Shown piece by piece: positions 48,886 through 58,845 of a DNA stretch of 64,000 bases (positions within the stretch are counted from its first letter, which is position 1; every line of letters begins with the position of its first letter). Source of the DNA: an uncultured Parachlamydiaceae bacterium (GTDB taxonomy: Bacteria > Chlamydiota > Chlamydiia > Chlamydiales > Parachlamydiaceae); NCBI GenBank assembly GCA_963742415.1, contig CAVULX010000003.1, positions 864,001 to 928,000 of the forward strand. The letters are read 5' to 3'. A model generated the notes under the pieces. It was not told the DNA's origin, did no database searches, and worked only from the letters and a program-made list of their open reading frames with translations. A program made the translations under genes and the position numbers.

Positions 48886-50148
48886 ATGGAAAAGTTTTTA
48901 CAGATTCTGCAAGAAGAATTCAGAGCTTTGTTACAAAAAACGGCCCATAGTGTCTTGCGCCACTATCAATTTCCTAAAGCCAAAGATCTTGCAAAAGTTG
49001 CTGTGGGTATGAGGAGATCGGGAAAGACCTATTTTTTATTTCAAATGATGAGAGAGCTTGTTTCCCAACAAATCCCGGTCGACCGCCTGCTTTATCTTAA
49101 CTTCGAGGATGACAGGTTGTTGCCTATGGATCAAAAGAAGATGGGAGAGATGATCGATGCCTTGTATACACTCCAACCTGATCTTCATAATCACCGCTGT
49201 TTTCTATTCCTTGATGAAGTGCAAAATGTGGAGGGGTGGCCTTTGGTTGTTCGACGCCTTCTAGATACAAAGGATATGGAAATTTATATTACAGGGTCTT
49301 CTGCAAAATTATTGAGCAAAGAGATTGCAACTTCTTTACGTGGACGCTCATTATCGATGGAAATACAGCCTTACAACTTTCAAGAATATCTGATTTCAGA
49401 AGAAATCCCCCTGCCTTCAAAACCTTTCGGAAAAAGAGTTTTAGATCAATACCGTCTTCATTTATTGGGATTTTTTCAAAAAGGGGGATTTCCCGGAGTT
49501 CAAGCGTTGTCAGCCGATGAAAGGCTAGAGACTTTACAGAATTATGTGGAGGTAGTTGTTTTTAGAGATATCGTAGAGCGCTATAAAGTGAGTAACATCA
49601 AATTATTAAAGTACTTTGTTAGCGTCCTTTTGAAAAATGCAGGAGCTCGATTTTCGGTTAACAAATTTTATAACGACATTGTCAGCCAAGGATATAAAGT
49701 AGGAAAAGATACCTTATATACCTACCTGGAATATTTGGAAGACGCCTTCCTCATTTATACGGTTCCCATTTTTACTGAGTCCATACGGACATTAGAGAAA
49801 ACACCAAAAAAAATATATGCCATTGATAACGGCTTGATTAATGCAAATACGTTTAATTTTGCCCTTAATTTTGGAAAATTGCTAGAAAATCAAATTTATT
49901 TGGATTTGCGGCGTCAGAAAAAAGAAATTTTCTATTACACCACGAAAGAAGGTTATGAAGTAGATTTTATTACTCAAGACCAAAAAGGGGTTCACGAAAT
50001 TATCCAAGTTGTTTGGGATCAAAGTGATCAGCAAACTTACGAAAGGGAGGAAAGGGCGCTTAAATCTGCAGAGAAAGAATTGGGAATCAAAGGAAAGATC
50101 ATCGATTGGGAAGCTTACCTAAAATCTCAAGAGTCGGTACTGAATTAG
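48886..50148 (+). CDS. AAA+ ATPase (AAA_14 / DUF4143 type)
   Basis: GMRRSGKT, LNFEDDR, FLDEVQ, ITGSS, GGFP, KKIY.IDNG, EVDF. Confidence 0.9.
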   Translation: MEKFLQILQEEFRALLQKTAHSVLRHYQFPKAKDLAKVAVGMRRSGKTYFLFQMMRELVSQQIPVDRLLYLNFEDDRLLPMDQKKMGEMIDALYTLQPDLHNHRCFLFLDEVQNVEGWPLVVRRLLDTKDMEIYITGSSAKLLSKEIATSLRGRSLSMEIQPYNFQEYLISEEIPLPSKPFGKRVLDQYRLHLLGFFQKGGFPGVQALSADERLETLQNYVEVVVFRDIVERYKVSNIKLLKYFVSVLLKNAGARFSVNKFYNDIVSQGYKVGKDTLYTYLEYLEDAFLIYTVPIFTESIRTLEKTPKKIYAIDNGLINANTFNFALNFGKLLENQIYLDLRRQKKEIFYYTTKEGYEVDFITQDQKGVHEIIQVVWDQSDQQTYEREERALKSAEKELGIKGKIIDWEAYLKSQESVLN

Positions 50149-50272
50149 TAGTAATTTCACCTTGAAAATGATGTGTGCATGCATTTGTGATCTAAATAAA
50201 TTTGCAAAGAATTGGGCTTTTAGCAACAAAAGCTTACAAATTTTTACCCGAAACTGTCCTCTAGAAGATTAA

Positions 50273-50474
50273 AATTTTATGCCGTCCTTACAGGACTCTG
50301 TTTTTTTTGCATTTAACCCAGGCCTCCGCTTCGCTACGACCTGGGCTATAATATTTCGGCCTTTCAGGCCGTTTTTAGGCCGAAGGCGCGGAATATCATA
50401 GCCCAGGTCGTAGCGAAGCGGAGGCCTGGGTTAAATGCAAAAAAAACAGAGTCCTGAAAGGACGGCATAAAATT
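50273..50474. repeat. 202-bp inverted repeat built from REP-like units
   Basis: Arms of about 77 bp (50273-50349 and 50398-50474) with one mismatch; internal CCAGG..CGCTTCGC..CCTGG hairpins. Confidence 0.9.
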
Positions 50475-50519
50475 AAATCAGCACCGACTCAAAAAAAATA
50501 GTCGATGATGATTGACAAT

Positions 50520-50999
50520 TCAAGCGGACAATGTTGTTTTTTGTTCCAACCAATAACGTTGATAAGCAATAAAACCGGCTCGAGACATCAATTCTAAAGC
50601 CAGAAATGTAAACCAGATCTTACCAAGAGAAGGTTGAATCTGAACAAAAACCACTTTTGTTCCCATTGTTTCACAAAAAAGGCGAGAAATGGACAAAGCA
50701 TTGATTAGCAACTTGGGCAGAACCTTATCTGATGTGGCAAAATCATCGACCAAACAATACATTGCAGCCAGCTGAACTGTAATTTGCACAGCCTTGTAAG
50801 GTATAAAACATATCCCTAAAGATAAATATAAAGTATTCATGATGTCTGAAGCTGAAGCCATTATTTCAAATAATTTTGCCATGCGCTTACTGGACAATGG
50901 CGCTCCACTGTCGCTAAGAAAACTTTCACGTACATTTAAGACGTTATTTACTACCAATGGGAAGATACTAAACTTTGGCAAAGCACTGGCAATGATCAT
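50520..50999 (-). CDS. Hypothetical membrane protein
   Basis: AAGGA RBS, 159 aa with several hydrophobic stretches. Confidence 0.55.
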   Translation of the reverse strand: MIIASALPKFSIFPLVVNNVLNVRESFLSDSGAPLSSKRMAKLFEIMASASDIMNTLYLSLGICFIPYKAVQITVQLAAMYCLVDDFATSDKVLPKLLINALSISRLFCETMGTKVVFVQIQPSLGKIWFTFLALELMSRAGFIAYQRYWLEQKTTLSA

Positions 51000-51168
51000 A
51001 ATTTTTTCCTTTATTATGCTATTTTAACTTTGCGAAAAATTTTACCTGATATCGAATTAAAATCGAATAAAAGTTGCCGAAATCCAATGTTTTTAGCTCT
51101 CTTAAATATAACATGGGGATCATGGGGATTTTGGCGGCTTATGATCGTTTTTTATTCGATGGAATTTG

Positions 51169-51417
51169 TTGTACCCCGCTTCGGGGGTACAATAATTAAT
51201 TCTTAAATTCCCAGAGTTGCGCTGTTTCGGGCTTCGCCCTCACAGCTTACTCTGGGCTATCAATCTGTAATTCCCTTCGGGAATTTCTCGAGTTTGGACA
51301 CGGAGTCTGTCAGTTTTTTGGAGTGCGGCGGCAAGCCGCCGCACTCCAAAAAACTCATTCGGGAATTTATTTGCGAAATGTCCGAACTCGAGCGCACGGC
51401 GTGAAAACGCCGTGCGC
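51169..51417. repeat. Mosaic of nested palindromic elements
   Basis: TTGTACCCC..GGGGTACAA; CCCAGAGT..ACTCTGGG; AATTCCC..GGGAATT; terminal pair CTCGAGTT(T/C)GGACA (51287 and 51392) enclosing a hairpin with 21-bp arms (51312-51355); GCGCACGGCGT-GAAA-ACGCCGTGCGC. Confidence 0.8.
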
Positions 51418-51434
51418 CAGATGGACTTTCTCTT

Positions 51435-52991
51435 TTATGCTTCAGTTTTTATGTGAGAGATCTTTTTAGTGAATTTTGCAGAGGTTTGTTTTAATGCCTG
51501 CAGATTTTCTGAATCGGGATCTATCATTTCTGCCACTTTCATTGCAGCTACGATGGCAGCATCATGGGAGCCTCCTGGACTTGCCCACATTCCAGCAAAA
51601 TAGCATTTGTGATTTCCTTGCACTTTTTCAATCGCTTTTTGTGCGAAAATGTAATTTAAGTTAGATAGCAGGTGTTGATATTCAACAAAGTAGTACAAGG
51701 GTTCGGGCATAGGATCGCCTTCGTTTATCCAACTTTTAAAAGTGTATGGATTTATCCACTCTTTCCACATTGTCATGGTGCTTGGCTTGTCCTCATTGTG
51801 CTGAATATTGGCCACCGACCATCCCGATTTATCAGGGGGCATGTAGGATGGATCTCCGTGAATAGCTATCCTTGCTTTGTAATATTCAATTTGATTTAAA
51901 AGGGTTCGAATATCTGTCTTTTCAGGGATATCTTTTAATAGTCTGCTTGCAGTAGGTGCATCGGTCGCCAAAATAAGATGGGTATAATAGTTTACTTTTC
52001 CATTATCCTCTGTGATTTTATAACAGTCATCCTCCAATGTGATGCTTTCAATGTTTGTAGATCTTTTTATTATCGTTAATGAAAGTTCCTTTTCCAATTT
52101 TTGAATATAACTGGACATTCCCCCTTGCACTTCATTCCATACAGGGGTTTGTAAATTTTTAGGGGCATTTTTTTTTATATAGTCGAGAAAGGTGCTCGCT
52201 GCAAAATCTTTGATATATTGAATTGAAGTTCCCCAAGCTGCGGAAAAAAAAGGATAGAGGAAGTGTTCTTTAAAATCCTTTGTAAGTCCATCAATTGAAT
52301 CGGCATATTGTTGCAATGTGACATTCGTATTTTTTTTATCTTCATGATCTATAAAGATCTTAAATTCAACGAGATCATAAATAGCATGAAGGGTGAGACC
52401 TTTCCAAATCACTTTTTTGTTTTGTATTGGCGGAAGAATAACTAATTCTTTTCCATCTTTTTTGTAGAAGGAGTAGGTGAAAGGGAATTTATGGATAGGA
52501 GCGTCCAGAAGTTCAAGTAATCCCATGAAATGGGTATACATGGGATCATTGAAAAATTCGGCGCCGGCTTCTATGACGACATATTTTTCTTCAGGTTCTT
52601 CTACTTCAACTCCAGACTCATTCCCAGATTCGACTTCTAGTTCCTTTTGGGGCTTAGCGTCCATCACTTCCACTCGTCCGGTAGGCTTCCCATTCTTATC
52701 GACAAAAACCTTTATCGTATTGGCATGGCCGCCCAGCCGATCGCTTTTTTCATATAAAGTCACATCGAAATTATATTGCAAATCCCAAGCTGCTACAAGG
52801 CCCGAAACGCCTCCCCCAATGATGGCAATGCGGTTTACTTGTTCCCATTTATTAATTTTTTCACTCGTCTCCTCCAATTTGCTATCTCGAGTAGTTGTGG
52901 GACTTGATAACGGTGTAGCCAGTCCATAATCATAAAGGGAAGACAGAATACTATCGGCACCTCGTACAAGGAAATTACCTGCACCTTCCAT
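51435..52991 (-). CDS. FAD-dependent oxidoreductase (amine-oxidase-like, COG2907 type)
   Basis: IAIIGGGVSGL, LYEKSDRLGGHANT, GGMSSYI, IHGD.SYMP, YFAGMW....SHD.A. Confidence 0.85.
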   Translation of the reverse strand: MEGAGNFLVRGADSILSSLYDYGLATPLSSPTTTRDSKLEETSEKINKWEQVNRIAIIGGGVSGLVAAWDLQYNFDVTLYEKSDRLGGHANTIKVFVDKNGKPTGRVEVMDAKPQKELEVESGNESGVEVEEPEEKYVVIEAGAEFFNDPMYTHFMGLLELLDAPIHKFPFTYSFYKKDGKELVILPPIQNKKVIWKGLTLHAIYDLVEFKIFIDHEDKKNTNVTLQQYADSIDGLTKDFKEHFLYPFFSAAWGTSIQYIKDFAASTFLDYIKKNAPKNLQTPVWNEVQGGMSSYIQKLEKELSLTIIKRSTNIESITLEDDCYKITEDNGKVNYYTHLILATDAPTASRLLKDIPEKTDIRTLLNQIEYYKARIAIHGDPSYMPPDKSGWSVANIQHNEDKPSTMTMWKEWINPYTFKSWINEGDPMPEPLYYFVEYQHLLSNLNYIFAQKAIEKVQGNHKCYFAGMWASPGGSHDAAIVAAMKVAEMIDPDSENLQALKQTSAKFTKKISHIKTEA

Positions 52992-53064
52992 AAGGACCCC
53001 CTTGTTTATGAATGATTTAAAAGGCTATATCCTCCTTGTATTCTCCTAAATAATTCATTACAAT

Positions 53065-53952
53065 TTATTTTTTTATCCCACTGAGAGCCACCTTAAATAA
53101 CTTTTTTGTGGCGAGCGAATAGACTTTAGGGGTAACGATCTTTCGATAGATAGTAATCCAGGTATTACGTGCTTGCTGGATCCAATGGGGCCGGTGGGGT
53201 TCACACTGTTGATCGAACAAGCGGGGGTACCGTTTTTTCTTTCGGATAAAGTCTGCTGTTTTGGCTTGCAGTTGCGCATGGGCAACACAATCATTGAGAG
53301 GATTATCTATGTTGTAAACATATAGAAACTCGTTGATGAATTTGCAGCTTTTTCCCCCTGTCATTTCGAGTAAAGGATAAAGGATGGCGAGATCCCAGGC
53401 TGTTTTAAAATACCTGCCTGACTCATCTTGTAAATCTTCTTCTCTGACATGTTTCCATATTTTGTGTTTAAATGTTCTCAAATGGGAAAAAACGAAGGGA
53501 ATTTCCCGGAAATCTAGACTTTGAGCCGCAGGGTTTGGCAAGGGAATGCAAAATCCTTTCTGCCATCTAGGGTAGGTAATAAATTGGCCGTAAGTCATGT
53601 TTACAGCTTCTTCGCGATAAGCCGCCGCAACTTTTGCGAAGACGTGGCGATTGTAAAGCCAATCATCCCCATCGAGAAGGAGGATGACATCTTCATCGTT
53701 TGGGTTAAGTTGCTTAATCCCCTCGACGATGTTAGCTAAGGCGCCGTGATTGGTTGTTCGGAATAGTGGCTGCCAGGGGTGCTTTTGACAGTAGCTTTCG
53801 ATAATCTCTCTTTGCCCCGCTTCAGTAGAGGCATCGTCAATGACACAAACATCATAATGGCTATAGGTTTGACGGGCTACGGAATCGAGGGTTTTTTTGA
53901 TCCATTTGACGCTGTTGTAGGAAGGGATCACGACTTTAAAGCGGACGCTCAC
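53065..53952 (-). CDS. Family 2 glycosyltransferase
   Basis: VVIPSYN, IDDAST, LDGDDWL (DxD), SHLRTF. Confidence 0.88.
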   Translation of the reverse strand: MSVRFKVVIPSYNSVKWIKKTLDSVARQTYSHYDVCVIDDASTEAGQREIIESYCQKHPWQPLFRTTNHGALANIVEGIKQLNPNDEDVILLLDGDDWLYNRHVFAKVAAAYREEAVNMTYGQFITYPRWQKGFCIPLPNPAAQSLDFREIPFVFSHLRTFKHKIWKHVREEDLQDESGRYFKTAWDLAILYPLLEMTGGKSCKFINEFLYVYNIDNPLNDCVAHAQLQAKTADFIRKKKRYPRLFDQQCEPHRPHWIQQARNTWITIYRKIVTPKVYSLATKKLFKVALSGIKK

Positions 53953-55417
53953 TTGGGACCTCCGTGGATGGATTAGAACGCAATTTCAGCCAGCTTTTCA
54001 GAAGATCTAATAAGGAATCTCTTTCGCTTTTTGATAAGATCCCATACCAACAGTAGCTGTAAAAGGCAGCTAAAACGAGGATCATGCTGCCATTATAGAG
54101 GATCGCATTGGAAAAGGGAATAAAGGATAAGCAGCCGGTGATGGTCAAGGCAATTCCTATTTTGCCGATCCGCTTTTTTTCATAGGGGATCCATATAAGG
54201 CGTTGGTTGATCCAAAGGCTAGCAGTGACTAATCCCAAGAACCCCAAAAAGGTGGCAAAGGCCGCTCCCATTTTTCCCCCTATTAAAATGAGGGGGATAT
54301 TAAGCCCGATGCAGCAAACGCCTGCCCCTAGTTCAAGACAGGATTGCACTCCTGTTTTTTTATGAAATATCAAGGGGGGGTAGGTGATGGCATAGACTCC
54401 CCATAAACCTTGAGCGGCGGCTGTGAGCCCAACCACAGTCCATATGTCGTAAAAAGGGGGTTGCACAAAGGCATGGACGACCGGTTTGGCCAAACAAAAC
54501 AGGGCTGCCACGCATCCGCTTAGGCCAAAAAGATAGTAGGTCATGACCTTGCTAAAGACTTGGGGAGCTTCTTCTTGCTTATTGAGATAGCTATTGAAAA
54601 GGGGGACCCACGCGCTCATAAAGCCCCACAAAGGGAGCTCGATGACTCTGCCGATATTTGAACCGAGGAAGTAGAGCCCCACCTCAGATTCGGTGCTGAA
54701 TAACTGTAGAATGTATCTTGAGATCCCTTGCAACATACAGTAACCCCAATAGCCGTAGATGCAAGGCAAGCCTATTTTTATCAGTTCCTTTCCGTAATTC
54801 CACTGGATGGAGAAGGAGAGGGTGGGGCAAACGACCAGCATCATAAGGATAAGATTGAATGAATGGGTTAGGATAATGGCTTCCATGTACCCTGCAACAC
54901 CTCTTTGAAGATAAACGACCATGAAGATCATCGAAGAAATGGAGACGGTTACATCGGCGAGGTTGAGAAAAAACACTTTTTTGGCTTGTTGAGAGGCTCT
55001 GAGATAATATTCAAAAGCCATCCGCACGGTGCAAATGCCGATGCCAAGGAAGGTGAGGACAATAAGATGTGAGAGAGAGGCGTTGCCGAGTAAAATCGAG
55101 CTTATCGGCTTGGCGAAAAATAGGGCTAACGAGGTCAAAACGAAGTTATTGAATACCAGCGTACAGAAGGCGGTCCAAATAATCCCCTCTTTCTCCACTT
55201 TAGTCTTCCCTGACGAATAAACTCTTCCCAGCGAGGTGTGAAATCCTGCTGAAAAAAGGCCATTGGCAAAGGTAGGAACGAGAGTCAGGATGCCGATAAC
55301 CCCGTAATCCCAAGGGGTTAGATAGCTTGTCGTCAATGGCAATAGAAACAGGGTGACAATGCGGCCGATGAACGATCCCCCGCTATAGAGAAGAATATCT
55401 TTGAAGAACTTTAACAT
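53936..55417 (-). CDS. wzx: Wzx-like oligosaccharide flippase
   Basis: FLLPL.T.YLTP.DYG, VGLY..G, LNIPLI...G.MGAA.AT; many TM segments. Confidence 0.8.
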   Translation of the reverse strand: MLKFFKDILLYSGGSFIGRIVTLFLLPLTTSYLTPWDYGVIGILTLVPTFANGLFSAGFHTSLGRVYSSGKTKVEKEGIIWTAFCTLVFNNFVLTSLALFFAKPISSILLGNASLSHLIVLTFLGIGICTVRMAFEYYLRASQQAKKVFFLNLADVTVSISSMIFMVVYLQRGVAGYMEAIILTHSFNLILMMLVVCPTLSFSIQWNYGKELIKIGLPCIYGYWGYCMLQGISRYILQLFSTESEVGLYFLGSNIGRVIELPLWGFMSAWVPLFNSYLNKQEEAPQVFSKVMTYYLFGLSGCVAALFCLAKPVVHAFVQPPFYDIWTVVGLTAAAQGLWGVYAITYPPLIFHKKTGVQSCLELGAGVCCIGLNIPLILIGGKMGAAFATFLGFLGLVTASLWINQRLIWIPYEKKRIGKIGIALTITGCLSFIPFSNAILYNGSMILVLAAFYSYCWYGILSKSERDSLLDLLKSWLKLRSNPSTEVPSERPL

Positions 55418-55428
55418 GCTTTCTACAC

Positions 55429-56334
55429 TTAGGGTTTAGAGGAGATAACAAACCAGTCGGGTGGAATCAGATCGTCGCTTTTTAATCCCGTTTCAGGCTG
55501 AAACCACTCCTTGGGCGCTAAGACGATTTTTTTTGAGTTCTTTTTTCCGATGTAGGCTGCCCACCATGAAAAAGTGGAGTTTGAAATTATATTATGCCTG
55601 CAAAGGCTTTGCAGGTAAAAATCGTAAATATAATGCTCGGTTTGGATGAATTTAATGTTTCCGGGGATTCCTTGAAGGTCCTTTTTGCACCATTCGATGT
55701 CATCGGAGAAGACATAAAAATGAAACCCTCTGGGAAATGACTGCATGGCTTTGCAGACATACTTTTTGCCATTGAGGGGATAGATTTGGTGCTGAGGGTC
55801 TGCGTTGAAATAGGTTCTAATATGGACAGCAACACCTTTGGGGTCTGCAATAATGTCACCATAATGGCTTTCCAAGTGAGCCAAAATCGCGGGACTTGGG
55901 GCGAAGAGCTCTTGGATCTCTTTACGGTGGTGGTCGAAATATTTCCAAGATTGAAAATAGCCGTGTATTTTCATCCCTGCCTGAAAAGGGATAGGGGAAT
56001 AGGTAAAAGCGGGTTCATGATGCACTTTTGAGATGGAATCGGCGGGTGGGGTTATTTTCAATTGGGAAAACACAAGCTCCCGATTTACAGGGATCCCCTC
56101 TTTTTCAGAAGTGAGCAATTCAGGAAAATAGGCCTCGGCTCCGTGATCCAAAGCAAGGCTTGTCGCGGTTGCAATTTGGAACATCTGATTGCCCAGTTGT
56201 CCATACAAGTCGGCAACCAAAAAAGGGTTGATGCTAGAGGGAAGATCTTCACTAGCAATCATGAGATTATGGGCAAACAAAAATGTCAAGAGGAGTAATA
56301 TGGGGGAACTGCGTGGCGGCATATTCGTTTTCAT
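55429..56334 (-). CDS. GT11 alpha-1,2-fucosyltransferase-like protein
   Basis: GQLGNQMFQ, GYFQS.KYF, VAVHIR, FSDDIEWC, HNIISNSTFSWWAAY; start uncertain. Confidence 0.88.
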   Translation of the reverse strand: MKTNMPPRSSPILLLLTFLFAHNLMIASEDLPSSINPFLVADLYGQLGNQMFQIATATSLALDHGAEAYFPELLTSEKEGIPVNRELVFSQLKITPPADSISKVHHEPAFTYSPIPFQAGMKIHGYFQSWKYFDHHRKEIQELFAPSPAILAHLESHYGDIIADPKGVAVHIRTYFNADPQHQIYPLNGKKYVCKAMQSFPRGFHFYVFSDDIEWCKKDLQGIPGNIKFIQTEHYIYDFYLQSLCRHNIISNSTFSWWAAYIGKKNSKKIVLAPKEWFQPETGLKSDDLIPPDWFVISSKP

Positions 56335-56350
56335 GTTAGCTCCGAATAAT

Positions 56351-56596
56351 TTAAGTTTCACTTTTTAAGGCTTGGAAAGCCATTTGAACCGTTTGAATGC
56401 CTGCTAAAACCCCTTCTTCATAACGGAAATGGGGATGGTTCTCCAGATCTGGAAAATCATTGGGCTGTAACAGATCATCGGTCGTGAGATGGGGGACAAT
56501 TCGGCGGCCGCACTCCAAGACTTTTCGATGCTGCTGTGCTGTTATTTGGCTAAGAAGTTTTTCTATAGTTTCCCAATCAGGTTGCATTTTCGCCAT
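56351..56596 (-). CDS. Conserved chlamydial small hypothetical protein downstream of tadA
   Basis: IVP.LT.DDLLQPNDFP.LE.HP.FRYEEGVLAG; abuts tadA. Confidence 0.8.
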   Translation of the reverse strand: MAKMQPDWETIEKLLSQITAQQHRKVLECGRRIVPHLTTDDLLQPNDFPDLENHPHFRYEEGVLAGIQTVQMAFQALKSET

Positions 56597-57106
56597 TCAG
56601 TTTTTTCCTTCAGAGGGGTTCAGGCGCCGTTGTTGAAAAAAGTCCCTTAGGATAGCCCCGCTTTGCTCTTGGAAGATCCCCTTTCGAATGGTTAATGAAT
56701 GGGTGGGATGGGGTTGGCCAAACAGGTTGATCCAACTGCCATTGGCGCCATGCCGAATGTCTGGGGCGCCCCAGACGAGGACGGGAAGGCGTGACAATAG
56801 CATGGCTCCGGCACACATGGCGCAAGGTTCGATGGTGCAATATAAGGTGGTCTGTTCGAGGCGCCAATTTTCCAACGCAGAAGCCCCTGCAGTGATGCAG
56901 AGCATTTCCGCGTGGGCTGTGGCATCCCGCAACATTTCGACTTGATTGTGCCCTCGCGCGATGACCCTTCCCCCTTGGACAAGAACAGCGCCTACAGGAA
57001 CTTCATTCTCTTTATAGGCTTTCCAAGCTTCCTTCAAGGCTTCCAACATGAATTTTTCATCTTCGTTTTGGGGCGATAGTTGACTAAAAGGAAAGGGTTG
57101 GTTCAT
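56597..57106 (-). CDS. tadA: tRNA adenosine(34) deaminase
   Basis: EVPVGAVLV, DATAHAE, TIEPCAMCAGA. Confidence 0.93.
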   Translation of the reverse strand: MNQPFPFSQLSPQNEDEKFMLEALKEAWKAYKENEVPVGAVLVQGGRVIARGHNQVEMLRDATAHAEMLCITAGASALENWRLEQTTLYCTIEPCAMCAGAMLLSRLPVLVWGAPDIRHGANGSWINLFGQPHPTHSLTIRKGIFQEQSGAILRDFFQQRRLNPSEGKN

Positions 57107-57777
57107 TCACTCAATTTCCGTTGTAAATGGGCAATTTGTTTCTTTAAGCTGTCGACATCATGGGTATATTTTTTTTGGAAACCGGCCAGCTTTTTTTCAT
57201 ATTTATCGACGAGCCGTGCGATTTGTTCTTCGTAAGATTGCTTTAAAGACTCCAAAGAAAATCTTTCTTCGTTTTCCTTGGCCGTTTGTTCGGCTTGTTT
57301 AACTTCCCGTTTAGCTTGATGGCTCAAATCGTGATAGACTTCCTGTGGAAAGACGACAGAATTGAGGACACAGAACAAATAGGTGGCCGGAGCCCCGTAT
57401 GTTTGTATCGCTTCCGAGATGATTTGCTTGGAATCTTCTAACTTAATCTCTTGAATCTCAGTGAAATTCGGATCGATTTGACTTAATTTCTTTTCAAAAA
57501 AATCGTAAAGCTCGCTATTTCTGAAAAGCCACCGATTCGAAATGAATTCGGCTAATTCTTCCCCCTTTTCACTTTCTTTGATCGCTTTTCCGTAGGCGGG
57601 CACCAACTCTTCTACAGATAATTTGTTGAAGTTTTTCCCCGTGAAGTATTGTTTGCAAAAAAGGGGATCTTGCCGTAGATGATCATTTTTAAGATCTTTT
57701 TTCACAGCTTCAATAATCGATGGAAACCATTCTTGCAGAATGGTAAATTTTTCTTTATATGTGGTATCCTTATGCAT
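57103..57777 (-). CDS. Hypothetical protein with a C-terminal coiled coil
   Basis: 224-aa ORF overlapping the tadA start by 4 nt. Confidence 0.75.
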   Translation of the reverse strand: MHKDTTYKEKFTILQEWFPSIIEAVKKDLKNDHLRQDPLFCKQYFTGKNFNKLSVEELVPAYGKAIKESEKGEELAEFISNRWLFRNSELYDFFEKKLSQIDPNFTEIQEIKLEDSKQIISEAIQTYGAPATYLFCVLNSVVFPQEVYHDLSHQAKREVKQAEQTAKENEERFSLESLKQSYEEQIARLVDKYEKKLAGFQKKYTHDVDSLKKQIAHLQRKLSE

Positions 57778-57864
57778 ATTAGGGTTTCCTAAACTTGTTT
57801 AAAAAATGGGCTTCTCCAATTTAGCAAGCTTTTCAACAAAGAATCAAGAGGATTTATTGAAGTT

Positions 57865-58140
57865 ATGACAGAAAAAGATAGAGGGGATAACGCCCTGCAT
57901 GAACACCCTTTTTATGGATACGATATAATCCGGCGTGAACAACAAAAATATATTAAAAATTTATTGAAAAAATACCGGAATGAACCGGTCTCTGAAGAGC
58001 TAAAAAAGAAAATTTGGGATGAATTGCAAATGGAAAAGCATTTAGGGAGGATCACGATCCCTTTTAAAATGACGAGCCGCCGGGATCCCTATGGGAAATT
58101 CCCCCCTGTGATCGAGGTGATTCTCGATACAAAGGTTTGA
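57865..58140 (+). CDS. Small hypothetical protein
   Basis: 91-aa ORF, GAGG upstream, plausible composition. Confidence 0.6.
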   Translation: MTEKDRGDNALHEHPFYGYDIIRREQQKYIKNLLKKYRNEPVSEELKKKIWDELQMEKHLGRITIPFKMTSRRDPYGKFPPVIEVILDTKV

Positions 58141-58225
58141 GTCACGTTCGGAATAAACCTGCCATGGCCCACGTACCCCTTTAATTTTACATTTTAAACA
58201 AAGCTTAAAAGATCTTAATCGGTTC

Positions 58226-58254
58226 TTGATTTATAATTCTGTTTATGCTAGAAT
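58226..58254 (+). promoter_or_regulatory. rpsO promoter
   Basis: TTGATT-N17-TAGAAT with a TGn extended -10. Confidence 0.6.
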
Positions 58255-58324
58255 ATAACCATACGATGTTAATCATTATATAAAATAGCCATTTAGTGGC
58301 TTACAACTACGGGGGATTTTCAGG

Positions 58325-58594
58325 ATGTCTCTTGATAAAGGCACAAAAGATGAGATCACTAAAAAATTTCAGCTTCATGAAAAAGACACAGGATCTGCAG
58401 ATGTTCAAATCGCAATTTTAACAGAAAGAATCGCCGAATTGACTGAACATCTGAAGCGTTCGCCAAAAGATCACAACTCACGGTTAGCGCTCCTTAAGCT
58501 GGTAGGCCAACGGCGCCGCTTATTGGATTACTTAAACTCAACAGATACAAAGCGGTATCAGACGCTTATCACCAAGCTTAAATTAAGAAGGTGA
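58325..58594 (+). CDS. rpsO: 30S ribosomal protein S15
   Basis: [21 protein letters not shown]....[20 protein letters not shown]. Confidence 0.98.
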   Translation: MSLDKGTKDEITKKFQLHEKDTGSADVQIAILTERIAELTEHLKRSPKDHNSRLALLKLVGQRRRLLDYLNSTDTKRYQTLITKLKLRR

Positions 58595-58613
58595 GTAAGC
58601 CGAGAAAAAAACT

Positions 58614-58643
58614 AAAGGCAGCTAGTAAGCTGCCTTTTTTTTT
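58614..58643 (+). terminator. Intrinsic terminator after rpsO
   Basis: AAAGGCAGCT-AGTA-AGCTGCCTTT followed by a T-run. Confidence 0.85.
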
Positions 58644-58845
58644 AAACAGATGAAATTAAAGAAGAGGAAATTAAAGAAGAGGATAGAGATCAGAAAACAT
58701 TCTTTAAAATACCCTTTAAGGCTTGCTTTCTGAATTCTACTTCTTCTTTTCCATCTCACATAACAAAAACAAACGATCTCAACATGAATTATGTTGCGAT
58801 GTGATTTTAATGAACTATTCCAAATGGAGATAGATAAGTAGAACT

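Noticed and set aside
51169..51417. Clustered hairpins as a possible CRISPR array
   Set aside because: The units differ from each other, there is no constant repeat-spacer period, and no cas genes are in the window.
58652..58683. Short tandem repeat GAAATTAAAGAAGAG, two copies
   Set aside because: A simple local duplication with no evident function.
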